From: an uncultured Verrucomicrobiota bacterium | Lineage (GTDB): Bacteria; Verrucomicrobiota; Verrucomicrobiia; Palsa-1439; CAZOTB01 | Reading direction: 5' to 3' | Assembly (NCBI GenBank): GCA_964582645.1 | Contig: CAZOTB010000007.1 | Span: 7,940 to 71,939 of the forward strand | Length of the DNA stretch: 64,000 bases | Shown here: positions 26,312 through 36,957 of the stretch, in pieces | Numbering within the stretch: position 1 is the first letter of the stretch | Layout: every line of letters starts with the position of its first letter | Made by a program: the position numbers and the translations under genes | The notes under the pieces: generated by a model | What the model was told of the DNA's origin: nothing | What the model saw: the letters and a program-made list of their open reading frames with translations, nothing else | Database searches by the model: none

Positions 26312-28570
26312 TCACGCCAAAGAGAGAATGTATGTTTCGCCTGGTTTTGTCACGAAGTGGATGTCTGAGCCGGGAGGGAACACACGCTGCCCAACCTTGA
26401 CCGGCCGCGTCGAGTGCGGATGCTCGATGCAGAGCCGGCCGCCCGATTCGCTCTGAACCTCGGCCTTTGCGAATGCGCCGTCGCGTCGCCAGGCCGATAC
26501 CAGAAACGCTCCCTCCGCGCGCAAGTTTGTGAACGCCACATTGCCCCACGCCTCCGGAACGGCCGGGAAGAGGCGCAGACGTCCGCCCCAGCTTTGCAGC
26601 AGCATCTCGTTGACGGCGTGGGCGGCGCCGAAGTTCCCTTCGAGCGTGAACGGCCGGTAGTGGAAGCGCGATGCACCGGCGCTCTTGTAGTCCCCGTTCA
26701 GGTGAAATGTGTTGGGCGACGCGCAGTAGTCGAGATAGTTGTTCAATCCCCAAAGCGCCCGGTTCGGTTCGCGCAGTCGAGCCCCGATACACGCATACCA
26801 GGAGAACGAATAGCCGCACCAGAAGCCGGTGCCCATGGATTCGATCTCCGAAATCGTGTTGCGGATGATCTCCCGGTCGCGATCGCTGCCTTCGATGTTC
26901 ACATCGCCGAGCGGGAAAATCGGCATGCATTGCGCGGGATGACGGTGCGACTCAGTCAATCGCTGCCCCTGCCAGATGGCCAGTCCACCCTCGGGCGCGG
27001 GTGATTTGGGTTCGGTTGGTGAGAGATGGTACGGCTGCAGCCGGGAACGAACGCGATCCCAATGCTCTGCTTCCTTGGAATCCCGGCCCAGAACCTTCGC
27101 CGCGGCGCTCGCCGCTTCGAGTGCGTACCGGATGTTAGCGAGATCATACGTACTGTCTTTAGCCCACGCTTCAATCCAGTTGTGGAAATACTCGGGCGAA
27201 CTGGAGTAGTGAACGTGATAGATCCCCTTGCGGTCACGCGTGAGTTGGGACACGCAGAACCGCGCGACCTCGCTGAGAAATGGATAGCCGACGTTGCGGA
27301 GGAACCCCTTGTCCATCGTGTAGCGGTAATGCCACCACACTTGTTGCGCGACCCACGCGGCGTTGGAGCGGCTATACACGTACGGCGCCCAACCGCGGAC
27401 TATCGCGCCGTTGAGACCGTGTGAGCACGGGATGTTGGCGCCGGGCGCACCGTAGAACTTCCGCGCGAAATCCCGGTAGCGCGGCAGCAATTCGAGCAGC
27501 CACTCCGCAAACGCCCGGCTCTGCTCGACACGATTGGCGGTGAGCGCAGGCCAGTAGCTCATCTGTGTGTTGAGGTCGTGATGATAATCGCCGCGCCACG
27601 GCGGCAGCGCCATTTCGTCCGCCGTCCACACGCCTTGCAGTGAAATGGGCGGTGTGCCACGCCGCGCGGTCGAAGCGAGTTTGTACATCTCGGCGTACCA
27701 GAGATGCTCGATGCGTGTGTCGGGAAGGCGGATGTTGGCGAGCTTCCAATAATTCCGCCACCAAGCGACGTGAGTGCGCTCGAGTGCATTCGGGCCGGTC
27801 GCCTTGGCATCTTCGAGCACACCGATCGCAAGCGGCAACGGATCGCTGCCGTTGTATGCCTGTTGCACGGTTGCGTAGAGCACCCACTCGCCGCGCACGC
27901 GGAGGTTGGTCCATGCCACGGTGTACGACATCCCCTCGGCGCATTCTTGCACGATGTATTCGATGCCGCCGCGTGTGCGGCCTTTCTTGAGAGCGGGGTA
28001 GCCCAGGCTGCGAATCTGCCCCGCCGCCAGCGTCCCATCGGATGGACTGACGGCGCGAGAGCGGTCGAACGGAGAGAGAAAACCAACTCGTGGTTTGCCG
28101 TTGCGCACGCGAACCACCACAAGCGGGCTTTGTGCGTGCACATAAGCAGTGACCTCGAGCTTGCCGATTCGAGTGCGGCTGATGGCGGTCGCGAAGTCGA
28201 GATGACTGGCAAACGGCCCCGCGTTGCCACGAGCAAAATCGAGCGTGATCCGCCCACAAGGCAGCTTGGTTGGATAAGCGATCGTCTTGCGGTTCTTCTC
28301 GAAGATCGAGACAATCCGTTTCACATCGCGGCGGTCCACGAGCCTTCGCAGCGTCTTCCAGTTGAAGTCAGGATGAAACACGCCCGGATCGTCCCTGTTA
28401 TCCCAGAGGTCGCTGCGATCCACCGACAGGTTGAGCGGGTGGCCGTCGCCCCACACGAGCAACCCCATCAGGCCGTTGCCGAGCGGCAAGGCTTCGTCCC
28501 AGCGCGAGACCGGGGACGTGTAATGAAGGCAGTGCCTGTGAGGATCAACGGAAAGCGGAGCGGGTTTCAT
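26312..28570 (-). CDS. Glycoside hydrolase family 95-like protein (alpha-L-fucosidase/galactosidase)
   Basis: WDEALPLGNGLMG, SLQGVW..W.GDYHHDLNTQMSYWP, SSPE, HRHPAQ, FTLEGNFGAAHAVNEMLLQS, LFPAVP..W. Confidence 0.85.
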   Translation of the reverse strand: MKPAPLSVDPHRHCLHYTSPVSRWDEALPLGNGLMGLLVWGDGHPLNLSVDRSDLWDNRDDPGVFHPDFNWKTLRRLVDRRDVKRIVSIFEKNRKTIAYPTKLPCGRITLDFARGNAGPFASHLDFATAISRTRIGKLEVTAYVHAQSPLVVVRVRNGKPRVGFLSPFDRSRAVSPSDGTLAAGQIRSLGYPALKKGRTRGGIEYIVQECAEGMSYTVAWTNLRVRGEWVLYATVQQAYNGSDPLPLAIGVLEDAKATGPNALERTHVAWWRNYWKLANIRLPDTRIEHLWYAEMYKLASTARRGTPPISLQGVWTADEMALPPWRGDYHHDLNTQMSYWPALTANRVEQSRAFAEWLLELLPRYRDFARKFYGAPGANIPCSHGLNGAIVRGWAPYVYSRSNAAWVAQQVWWHYRYTMDKGFLRNVGYPFLSEVARFCVSQLTRDRKGIYHVHYSSSPEYFHNWIEAWAKDSTYDLANIRYALEAASAAAKVLGRDSKEAEHWDRVRSRLQPYHLSPTEPKSPAPEGGLAIWQGQRLTESHRHPAQCMPIFPLGDVNIEGSDRDREIIRNTISEIESMGTGFWCGYSFSWYACIGARLREPNRALWGLNNYLDYCASPNTFHLNGDYKSAGASRFHYRPFTLEGNFGAAHAVNEMLLQSWGGRLRLFPAVPEAWGNVAFTNLRAEGAFLVSAWRRDGAFAKAEVQSESGGRLCIEHPHSTRPVKVGQRVFPPGSDIHFVTKPGETYILSLA

Positions 28571-28614
28571 GGTAGATGCGCACAGCCAGACGGTGTGATG
28601 CGGGAGTGCTTTGT

Positions 28615-29658
28615 CTAAACGCGATAGCGTTGGAACTCGTGTCGCGCCTGGATGCCGCGTGCGATCCAGAACTCTCGCTTGGCGGGAAGGCAATAAAAGC
28701 TGTCAATCGCCAGGCCGCGACGCTCCCCTTTCGGACGCTGACAGATGTTTTTGCCCTCGCCGACACCTTCGTCGCAGAGACACTTCTCGATGATCTTGCC
28801 GTCAATGCGACCACAATAACGTCGCCCCAATTCCGCCATGCGCGGGCCGCGGTACTTGGTGTTGGACTTGGGATTGTAATCAATGTCCTGCTTCGCGAGC
28901 CGCACGATGTTCGGACACTCGTAGTGGTTCGCGCGTGTGATCACGTCCTCGCACCGCACCGCCTCGAAGCGACCGGGCAGGCCTTCGATCACCCACACCT
29001 CGCGCTCGGCGTCGGCGATGAAGAACACGTAACAGCCCGCAAGCTTTGTTCGGCCTAGCAACGCGAGCGCCTCCCGGCAGTTCCGGCATCCGAGGATACC
29101 CGCGATAAGCGCGTACGTGGGAATGCCGACCTTGGGTTTGATCTTCGGCAGATACCCCGCGCCCGTCCAGACGAGTGACATGCCGTGTTCGTTGATGCCC
29201 GCCGAGGCATAGAGGCCCGGGTAGGAGTAGAGCAGCATCGCGGGATGCCCCGTCATTTGTAGCCGCGTCAGACTTGACCATGTGTACAGGTGCGAACCCC
29301 AGTCCCAGTTTTGTCCGATGATGGCGTTGCCGTCCTTCGAGCCGCCGCGGGTGGCGCCGATGGCGGTGCAGGGCTTGGTGTGGACGATCTCTTCGTGCAG
29401 AAGGACGAGCGTGATTTCCTCGACGGAACGTCCCGACCCTTCCGCCATGCCGCGCACGAACTCGACGACGTGCCGTTCCCAGCGTTTGAACACCTTCCAG
29501 CATCGGCTCGCGTAGCGCAGCCGCTCCGGGTTGGGCGGCACTTCCATGTGGAGGAATGCATCAATCGCTTCGGCGTGTTGTTCGCCATAGTGACGTCCGC
29601 ACGACCGGGGCGATCCTTTGAGTTCGGTCAATCGGTGAATGCTGGGCAGTTTCTTCAT
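28615..29658 (-). CDS. Peptidase C45 / acyl-CoA:6-APA acyltransferase family Ntn hydrolase
   Basis: GSPRSCGRHYG, nucleophile in CTAIG, GQNWDW, GINEHG, TRANHY. Confidence 0.85.
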   Translation of the reverse strand: MKKLPSIHRLTELKGSPRSCGRHYGEQHAEAIDAFLHMEVPPNPERLRYASRCWKVFKRWERHVVEFVRGMAEGSGRSVEEITLVLLHEEIVHTKPCTAIGATRGGSKDGNAIIGQNWDWGSHLYTWSSLTRLQMTGHPAMLLYSYPGLYASAGINEHGMSLVWTGAGYLPKIKPKVGIPTYALIAGILGCRNCREALALLGRTKLAGCYVFFIADAEREVWVIEGLPGRFEAVRCEDVITRANHYECPNIVRLAKQDIDYNPKSNTKYRGPRMAELGRRYCGRIDGKIIEKCLCDEGVGEGKNICQRPKGERRGLAIDSFYCLPAKREFWIARGIQARHEFQRYRV

Positions 29659-29773
29659 GTCAGGCGCGGAGATTCCGCGACCCACCGGCAAAAATCAAGC
29701 CGCGATCACACATGGCCACGAAGACGTACGATCGGACGTCTTCATGGCCACTCGATCCAGGACGGTGATTGGC

Positions 29774-30688
29774 TTACACAAGAATTCGCAACGCGCGCGG
29801 TACGATCGAAAATGTCGCCGGCACTCCCCCGGCGAGATCGCCCTCGACCTCGAATGGTACCGGTTCGGCTGCCGTGCACTCGATCCGTTCACACTGAAAG
29901 TACGTCACATCCTTGAAAGTGGTGTGCACGCCGCGCATCACGCCCTGCAGATAGCGCAGGACGTTTCCGTAGCCGTGATTATGGAAGACGCACACGTCGA
30001 GCAGGCCGTCGTCGGTGCGAGCCTTGGGGAACACCGCGAACTGTCCGCCGTAGAGACGACCGTTGCCGATGAGAACCAAACCGCCGCGGGCTTCCACATT
30101 TCCGCCGTGGACATCCACCTCGGCGCGGTGCGTGGCGATCGCTTTCAGTCCCGCCCAGATGTAGCTCAACGGGCCGATCTTTTTCTTCAGCTCCCAGCTC
30201 GTCTCGCGCACGCTCACCGCATCGAGGCCCACGCCCGCGAGTTGGGCAAAGTATCGCTTCGCGCCGTGCGACTCCGCGCATCCGAGGTCGATTGTCCGCG
30301 TCGCGCCGGCAGCGAGTCGTTCCCAAGCGGCTTCCATTTCCAGCGGGATGCCATGCTCGCGCGCAAAGACATTGACGGTGCCGGTCGGGACCACCGCCAA
30401 CGGCACGCCTGAAAGCGCGATCCCATTCACGACTTCGTTGATGGTGCCGTCGCCTCCCGCGGCGACGATGACCTCGCAACCGTCGGCGACGGCCATTGCC
30501 GCGAGACGGGTCGCGTCGCCCGGTAATTGGGTGGGCGAGAGTTGAATGCTCCCATCAGGGGTTGCCTTCCCCGCCAGAAAATCGAGCACATGTCGGGATT
30601 TCGCGCCGCGCGCGTTTGGGTTGAAGATGATGCAAACTCGTTTCACCGTGAGGTGGGACACGATTTGCGGAATCGTTGTTGAAGGCAA
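29774..30688 (-). CDS. Diacylglycerol kinase (YegS/DgkB) family lipid kinase
   Basis: IIFNPNARG, AAGGDGTINEV, GTVNVFA, GVGLDA, GNGRLYGG, DDGLLDV, EGD. Confidence 0.92.
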   Translation of the reverse strand: MPSTTIPQIVSHLTVKRVCIIFNPNARGAKSRHVLDFLAGKATPDGSIQLSPTQLPGDATRLAAMAVADGCEVIVAAGGDGTINEVVNGIALSGVPLAVVPTGTVNVFAREHGIPLEMEAAWERLAAGATRTIDLGCAESHGAKRYFAQLAGVGLDAVSVRETSWELKKKIGPLSYIWAGLKAIATHRAEVDVHGGNVEARGGLVLIGNGRLYGGQFAVFPKARTDDGLLDVCVFHNHGYGNVLRYLQGVMRGVHTTFKDVTYFQCERIECTAAEPVPFEVEGDLAGGVPATFSIVPRALRILV

Positions 30689-30694
30689 GGCGAT

Positions 30695-31330
30695 TTACTG
30701 GCTCGCCCTGGATTTGCGGGCAGTCACAACCCGATCGACGACATCGGTCGAACTGACAGGGATGGTGATCATCGTCTGTCCTCGCGAGACGATGGGTTGT
30801 TCACCTCTGACTTCGACAAGTCTCAGCATCGTCCCCGGCGCCAGCTCGGTTGAACCGTATTGCTTGTCGTTCACGATGACGGGGATGGACACCTTTGTCC
30901 TCAAAGCCACTTCTGCAGACCATTCCTGCCGGTTCTTAGCCAAGGTCGCCAGATCAACCGTGTCAGACATGCCGACTGTCGCTGGTGCTGCTTGCGTTGT
31001 AACGGATGGCTCTGGTTGAGTCATCCCATCCTCCGCCATGGCGTCTCCGTGCTCGTTCCAGAACTGCGAAGCGGTTTGTACTTTCTCCCATTTCCCCTCC
31101 GTAAACTCATGGGACAGTCGCTTCAAGTTCGGCAACGAGCGCAGGAACGCGATGTCTTTGCATTGGGATGGGCATGAACTCGGTCAACGGCATGCCCTTG
31201 AGGAGTACCAAGTCAGGGATCTCTGGATTGTTCAGGTTGAGCGACGGATTTCCCATCGCGTCCTGGGAAAGCCTCTCACCGAGCCGGTGCTTCTCCAAGT
31301 GCGCCTTCCAAACTTCAGGCTTAACGACTC
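30695..31330 (-). pseudogene. Frameshifted remnant: leucine-rich-repeat fragment joined to a PVC-type hypothetical domain
   Basis: LNLNNPEIPDLVLLKGMPLTEF is an LRR-like unit in one frame. It continues in another frame as MPNLKRL..ASQFWNE..VDLATLAKNRQEWSAEV. No convincing start. Confidence 0.45.
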
Positions 31331-31360
31331 GTTTGGGCCGACATAAAAGTGCATTATGAT

Positions 31361-32099
31361 TCAACCACCCGGCTTCTGTGCCGCCGCGTACACCACGTCG
31401 GTGCGGATGGCACGGACGTTCTTCTCGCGCAGAGGACGAAGTGTTGCCTCGCGCACGCGTTCCCGGGCGGCGGGATCGAGTTTGTCCACGGTGCCGCGAT
31501 AGCCGCTGCCCATCACGATCGTCCACCAGTCCTCGGGCGAACCGAGCGGATGTTCGCCGGACTCGTACTCCACATCGGTTGTTTCCACGCCCGACCGACG
31601 GAGCAACTGTTTCAGGCTCGCAGCATCGTTGATGGTGTCCCAAGGGTTGGAGCTCTTGTGGAGGTCCGGACGCTCGGCACGAATCGCTTCCCAGAATGCT
31701 GAGTTGGCAGGCTCGAACAGCTTCTGCCTCCCCCGTCGTGATCGCAAGCTGACCGCCGAGGCGCACCATCCGCCAGAGTTCCCGAATCGCACGCGCCATG
31801 TCGGGCGCATAGAAGATTCCAAACACACAGATCACCCCGTCCAAGCTCCCTCCCGGCTGGTTGAGCGGTTCCATGTCGCCGACGCGGAATTCAACCTGAT
31901 GGAGACCGCGGGCGGTGCACTTGGCGCGAGCGAGCGCGATGAGTTGTTCCGAGAGATCCACCGCAGCCCCCGGAGTCAAACCGAGCCGGTCCACCGTGCG
32001 CCCATCGAAACGATCCGAAAACGAAAGCGCGGGATCGTCGTAGCAGTCCGCCGCCGCATTGTAAGCTGCGGCGGCAAGGGAATGAGATATATCGGCGAT
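31361..32099 (-). pseudogene. Class I SAM-dependent methyltransferase pseudogene
   Basis: AAAAYNAAADCYDDPALSF..LGLTPGA joins directly to AVDLSEQL, so motif I (DxGxGxG) is missing. Frameshift in a G-run near 31730 separates ITT from KLFEPANSAFW. Confidence 0.75.
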
Positions 32100-32132
32100 G
32101 GTGAGAGAACCACAGGATACCGGCGTCGGTGG

Positions 32133-33505
<1,373 letters not shown>

Positions 33506-33538
33506 CAAAGGAAGTTGGCTGTGTTCTCGTGCGATTAG

Positions 33539-33591
33539 CTCGTCCTCGTAATCGAACGCCGCGAATGACCGACAACGAGGACGAGGACGAG
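33539..33591. repeat. Hexamer-based palindromic repeat (CTCGTCCTCGTAATCG / CGAGGACGAGGACGAG)
   Basis: Complementary CTCGTC / GACGAG tracts just downstream of the dehydrogenase stop. Confidence 0.6.
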
Positions 33592-33596
33592 AACGG

Positions 33597-34628
33597 TCAA
33601 GTCCCGTACCTCAACACCACGCCCAGACACTCACCGGGCTTGTTGAGCACGAGTTCGAACGCCTCCGCCGCGCGTGCAAAAGGGAACTCGTGCGTGATCA
33701 GCGGCGCAACTTTCACCTGCCCGGCGCTGAGCATCTGAACGAACTCCTGCACGTTGCGTCCCTCAGTCCAGCGCACGTAACCGATGGGATAATCATGGCC
33801 ACCTTCCTCGTATTGAGGATCGTATCGGCCGGGCCCGTACGACGTGGCGATCAGCAACTCGGCATCCTTGTAATACCAGATGTCGCGAGGGAACTCGCAC
33901 TTGAGGTTGCCGACCACGACCACCCGGCCCCGGTGGCGCACCATCTGAAGTGCCTGTACCATCGGCGCTCCCGAGTTCGGCGTGCTCGCCGTGATGACGG
34001 CCAGATCCACGCCGCGCTTCTGTGTGAATTCGTGGATGATTTCAGCCGCGTTCGCCGATTGCGCGTTGATCACCGTGTCGGCTCCCAGTTGCGACGCGAG
34101 CTTCAACCGTCCTTCGTTCAAGTCCACCGCGACGACCCGTGTTCCCGCCGCCCTTGCGATCTGTACGGCGAGTTGACCGATCATGCCGAGACCGATGACC
34201 GCCACGGTTTCGCCGACTTCGATTCGGCCTCGACGCAAGCCCTGCATCGCGATCGCACCCAGCGTTGAGAACGCCGCTTCGCGCAAGTCCACGTTACCGG
34301 GAGCGCGTGCCAACAGGTGTTTCGGTACGTAGCATTGCTCCGCGTGCGACGCGTGGCCGCCACCGGCGCACGCCACCGGGTCGCCAGGACGAAATCCTTG
34401 CAGCGCAGTGCTCGTCTCGAGAATGACCCCCGCGTTGCTGTAACCCGGCGCCCATTCGCCCGCGCTTGGATCCGCCTTGGCGCGGCGCGCTTTGAGCACC
34501 GTTCCTTCCGTGCCGACGCTGATCGCGGAGAATTTCGTCTGCACGAGCGCGCCCTCGCCGCGCAGCGAAGGCGTCGGTGTTTCCCGCAGTGCCAATTCTC
34601 CGGTTGCCGAGATCCAGACCTGTTTCAT
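33597..34628 (-). CDS. MDR-family (zinc-binding alcohol dehydrogenase-like) oxidoreductase
   Basis: SAISVGTE, PGYSNAG, GDPVACAGG..HA, Rossmann VIGLGMIG, SYGPGRYDP.YE, WTEGRN. Resembles the N-terminal half of bi-domain sugar oxidoreductases. Confidence 0.85.
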   Translation of the reverse strand: MKQVWISATGELALRETPTPSLRGEGALVQTKFSAISVGTEGTVLKARRAKADPSAGEWAPGYSNAGVILETSTALQGFRPGDPVACAGGGHASHAEQCYVPKHLLARAPGNVDLREAAFSTLGAIAMQGLRRGRIEVGETVAVIGLGMIGQLAVQIARAAGTRVVAVDLNEGRLKLASQLGADTVINAQSANAAEIIHEFTQKRGVDLAVITASTPNSGAPMVQALQMVRHRGRVVVVGNLKCEFPRDIWYYKDAELLIATSYGPGRYDPQYEEGGHDYPIGYVRWTEGRNVQEFVQMLSAGQVKVAPLITHEFPFARAAEAFELVLNKPGECLGVVLRYGT

Positions 34629-34762
34629 TTCGGCCACGCAATGTCCTGCCACGCTCCACGCGAAGCAACACAAATATGGTGAGGATGGTGTGTTGCCTGC
34701 GGGGTTGCAGTCGCCCGTTCGCACAGCAACCGGGCGCATCTGCCGGTTGTTGGTACTCCGAC

Positions 34763-34828
34763 AAGCTGAAGCTTGAACTCCAAACGCAAGCTTCGAGAGG
34801 GTTTCGTTGGGAGTTCAAGCTTCCGCTT
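34763..34828. repeat. Intergenic inverted repeat (AAGCTTGAACTCC / GGAGTTCAAGCTT)
   Basis: AAGCTGAAGCTTGAACTCCAAACG ... CGTTGGGAGTTCAAGCTTCCGCTT with a 13-bp perfect core. Confidence 0.7.
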
Positions 34829-34908
34829 GTTTCAGCACATTTCGTCGGGGACACTCCAACCAACAACTTCGGCATGCGCCCACCGCAACCACGCATCGAT
34901 TCTAGCTC

Positions 34909-34937
34909 TTTACACCCTTTGCTGATTTCGTTAGGGT
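34909..34937 (+). promoter_or_regulatory. Possible sigma70 promoter for the 34960 operon
   Basis: TTTACA-N17-TAGGGT, 22 nt upstream of the ATG. Confidence 0.45.
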
Positions 34938-34959
34938 CACCGGCAAGAGGTCATTGTCC

Positions 34960-35643
34960 ATGAAACAATCCGAATCCAGCAAAGACGGTTTGCTTTCCCA
35001 GAAGAGCGCGCCCGGTTCCCACGGATCGAGCAGCCACACCGTGTTGCCGAACCGCGCGCCCGACGATCCCGTCACCAAGGAAGACGTGACGCAGACCGTG
35101 GACGCGGCGCGCCAGCAACTGGCCGAACTCCAGCGGAAGAAAGAGGAACTCGAGCGCGAGAAGACCGAACTCGAAGAGTTGCGTCGCAAACAGGACGAGT
35201 ACGAACTCGGCCGCAAGGAGATGCTCGAACGGCTCAACCGCAGCCTGGTGCTCCTCGAGCACGACCAGATCGAAACCCAACGCAAGGGCGAGAATATCCA
35301 GAACGCGCTCGTCAGCTTCAAGGCGCGGAAAGAGGAGATTGAGGCCATCCGCGAAGACCAGTGGAACAATGCCACGCTCAAGGCCGAACTGACAAGGGCG
35401 CTGGCCATCGTGGATTCGGCGCGCAACGACTTCAACCATTACCGCGCCCGGCTCGATGTGCTCGACGAGAAACGCAACCCCGACGCCGCCATCGCCACCG
35501 GGTCGCTTTCGGCGTTCGCGCCGCGCGAGGACGTGCTCTCCCGGCTCAAGTTTGGCGATCTGATCAAAGTCGGCTTTGCGCTCTCATTGCCGCTGATCGT
35601 GGTCGGCGTGATTTTGCTGATCGTGCTGGCGACGAGGAACTAG
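34960..35643 (+). CDS. Hypothetical coiled-coil protein with C-terminal membrane anchor
   Basis: Long E/K/R/L heptad stretch (QQLAELQRKKEELEREKTELEELRRKQ..). C-terminal TM VGFALSLPLIVVGVILLIVLA. Confidence 0.75.
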   Translation: MKQSESSKDGLLSQKSAPGSHGSSSHTVLPNRAPDDPVTKEDVTQTVDAARQQLAELQRKKEELEREKTELEELRRKQDEYELGRKEMLERLNRSLVLLEHDQIETQRKGENIQNALVSFKARKEEIEAIREDQWNNATLKAELTRALAIVDSARNDFNHYRARLDVLDEKRNPDAAIATGSLSAFAPREDVLSRLKFGDLIKVGFALSLPLIVVGVILLIVLATRN

Positions 35644-35659
35644 CGCGGGGACTTCGTGC

Positions 35660-36265
35660 ATGCCGTGGTTCAAGAAAAAGCGGAGTCCGATTGACCAGCG
35701 GATCGAGGAGTTGAACCAAGAACTCGCCTCGCTCGAAGCAGAGCAGCGCCGGCAGGCTGAGGAGACCGAGCGTCGCAAAGCCGCTGCGAGCGCGGCCACA
35801 CCCGCGCCTGGCCAGGAGAACGGTCAGGAGCAACCGGGCGAGCGCCCGGCTTTGCCGTTTCGGGAGACCCGCAAGCCGCGGATCCGCACCACGGTCAATC
35901 CCGGCGGCACGGCGTCGGTGCACGGTATCGAACCGCACGAGTTTGACTTTTTCGCCCGCCGCGACAGGCCCGTGGACTTCAGCGAGCCCGGGCACGTCGC
36001 GGGCGCGAAACCGAAGGACGACAAGAAGCCCGTGGGCCCGCACGGCACTCACGCAGGGCCGGGTCTGTGGGAGGCGTTGCTGAGTCTGTTCAACGCCCCG
36101 AAGCCCCGCCAGGAGCAGGAGAAGTTCGCGAGCTTCCTGACAACTGGCAGCTTCCAGCGGCTCAAACCGCTCAAGTACGAGCGTCGCATCGCGCGCAACC
36201 GGTTCATCGCCGTTGCGGTCATTGTGCTGGCGATTGCATTTCTGCTGGTCAAATGCATCCGATGA
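35660..36265 (+). CDS. Hypothetical protein: N-terminal coiled coil, low-complexity linker, C-terminal TM
   Basis: IDQRIEELNQELASLEAEQ. Conserved-looking FLTTGSFQRLKPLKYERRIARNRFI, followed by a TM helix. Confidence 0.7.
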   Translation: MPWFKKKRSPIDQRIEELNQELASLEAEQRRQAEETERRKAAASAATPAPGQENGQEQPGERPALPFRETRKPRIRTTVNPGGTASVHGIEPHEFDFFARRDRPVDFSEPGHVAGAKPKDDKKPVGPHGTHAGPGLWEALLSLFNAPKPRQEQEKFASFLTTGSFQRLKPLKYERRIARNRFIAVAVIVLAIAFLLVKCIR

Positions 36266-36801
36266 CGGCCGGCGTCCCAACCGTGGCGGGAACATTCCGA
36301 GCCGAGTTCCGAGAGGGGAAGCTCGCGGCATTGCATTTCCCGAGTTCACCCCATGTGGGAGGCGCCTCCGTGCGCCGACCGGACCGGACCGAAGATGCCG
36401 ACCCTTCTATCGGCGAACTCCGCGCCCAGCTTGCTGCGTACTTCCGAGGACGACGGAGGAAGTTTTCGTTCCCGCTCGATCTGAGCGCGGGCACGGCGTT
36501 CCAACGCCGGGTCTGGCGTGCAATGCAACGCATCCCATTTGGCACGACGAAGTCCTACGGCGAAATCGCCTGCGAGATCGGTTCGCCGCAAGGTGCGCGC
36601 GCCGTGGGAATGGCCTGCGGCAAGAACCCGGTCCCGATTCTCGTGCCCTGCCATCGCGTCGTGGCCTCCGGAGGCAAGCTCGGTGGGTTCTCCGCCGGGC
36701 GACATTGGAAGAATCGATTGCTCGCGCTTGAGGGGGTTCGGTACGGAACAAACCCAGAGGCATCGCACGGTCGCGCACTTACGGCGTCGCACCACGCTTG
36801 A
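36262..36801 (+). CDS. ogt: Methylated-DNA--protein-cysteine methyltransferase
   Basis: GTAFQRRVW, IPFGTTKSYGEIA, ARAVGMACGKNP, active site PCHRVV. ATGA overlap with the upstream gene. Confidence 0.92.
   Translation: MTAGVPTVAGTFRAEFREGKLAALHFPSSPHVGGASVRRPDRTEDADPSIGELRAQLAAYFRGRRRKFSFPLDLSAGTAFQRRVWRAMQRIPFGTTKSYGEIACEIGSPQGARAVGMACGKNPVPILVPCHRVVASGGKLGGFSAGRHWKNRLLALEGVRYGTNPEASHGRALTASHHA
36355..36379 (+). repeat. Single family-C REP-like arm in frame inside ogt
   Basis: GTGGGAGGCGCCTCCGTGCGCCGAC has a GTGGGA lead, a hairpin with a CTCCGT centre, and a GAC tail, like the dnaE arms. Confidence 0.5.
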
Positions 36802-36957
36802 ACCCCACCGCGGCGCTGCCGCTGAGGATCACGATGCTGTTGCTGCGCCCTGGGGCAAGCGCACCGTGGGAAGCGAGGAGTCCGTGATCCAAGTGGAGGA
36901 GTATGGGCCTGCCCACAGACGGTTGCAGTTGTTTGGTTGGAGCGCAAGAGGAAGAGC

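Noticed and set aside
32049-32075. GCCGCCGCA/TGCGGCGGC hairpin as the purA terminator
   Set aside because: No U-tract, and it corresponds to AAAAYNAAA codons of the methyltransferase pseudogene.
34665-34696. GCAACACA-N16-TGTGTTGC inverted repeat upstream of the dehydrogenase
   Set aside because: Only 8 bp, single occurrence, and no cognate regulator nearby; cannot be distinguished from chance.
36064-36075. GTGGGAGGC match to REP family C in the 35660 gene
   Set aside because: No following hairpin; explained by the codons for LWEA.
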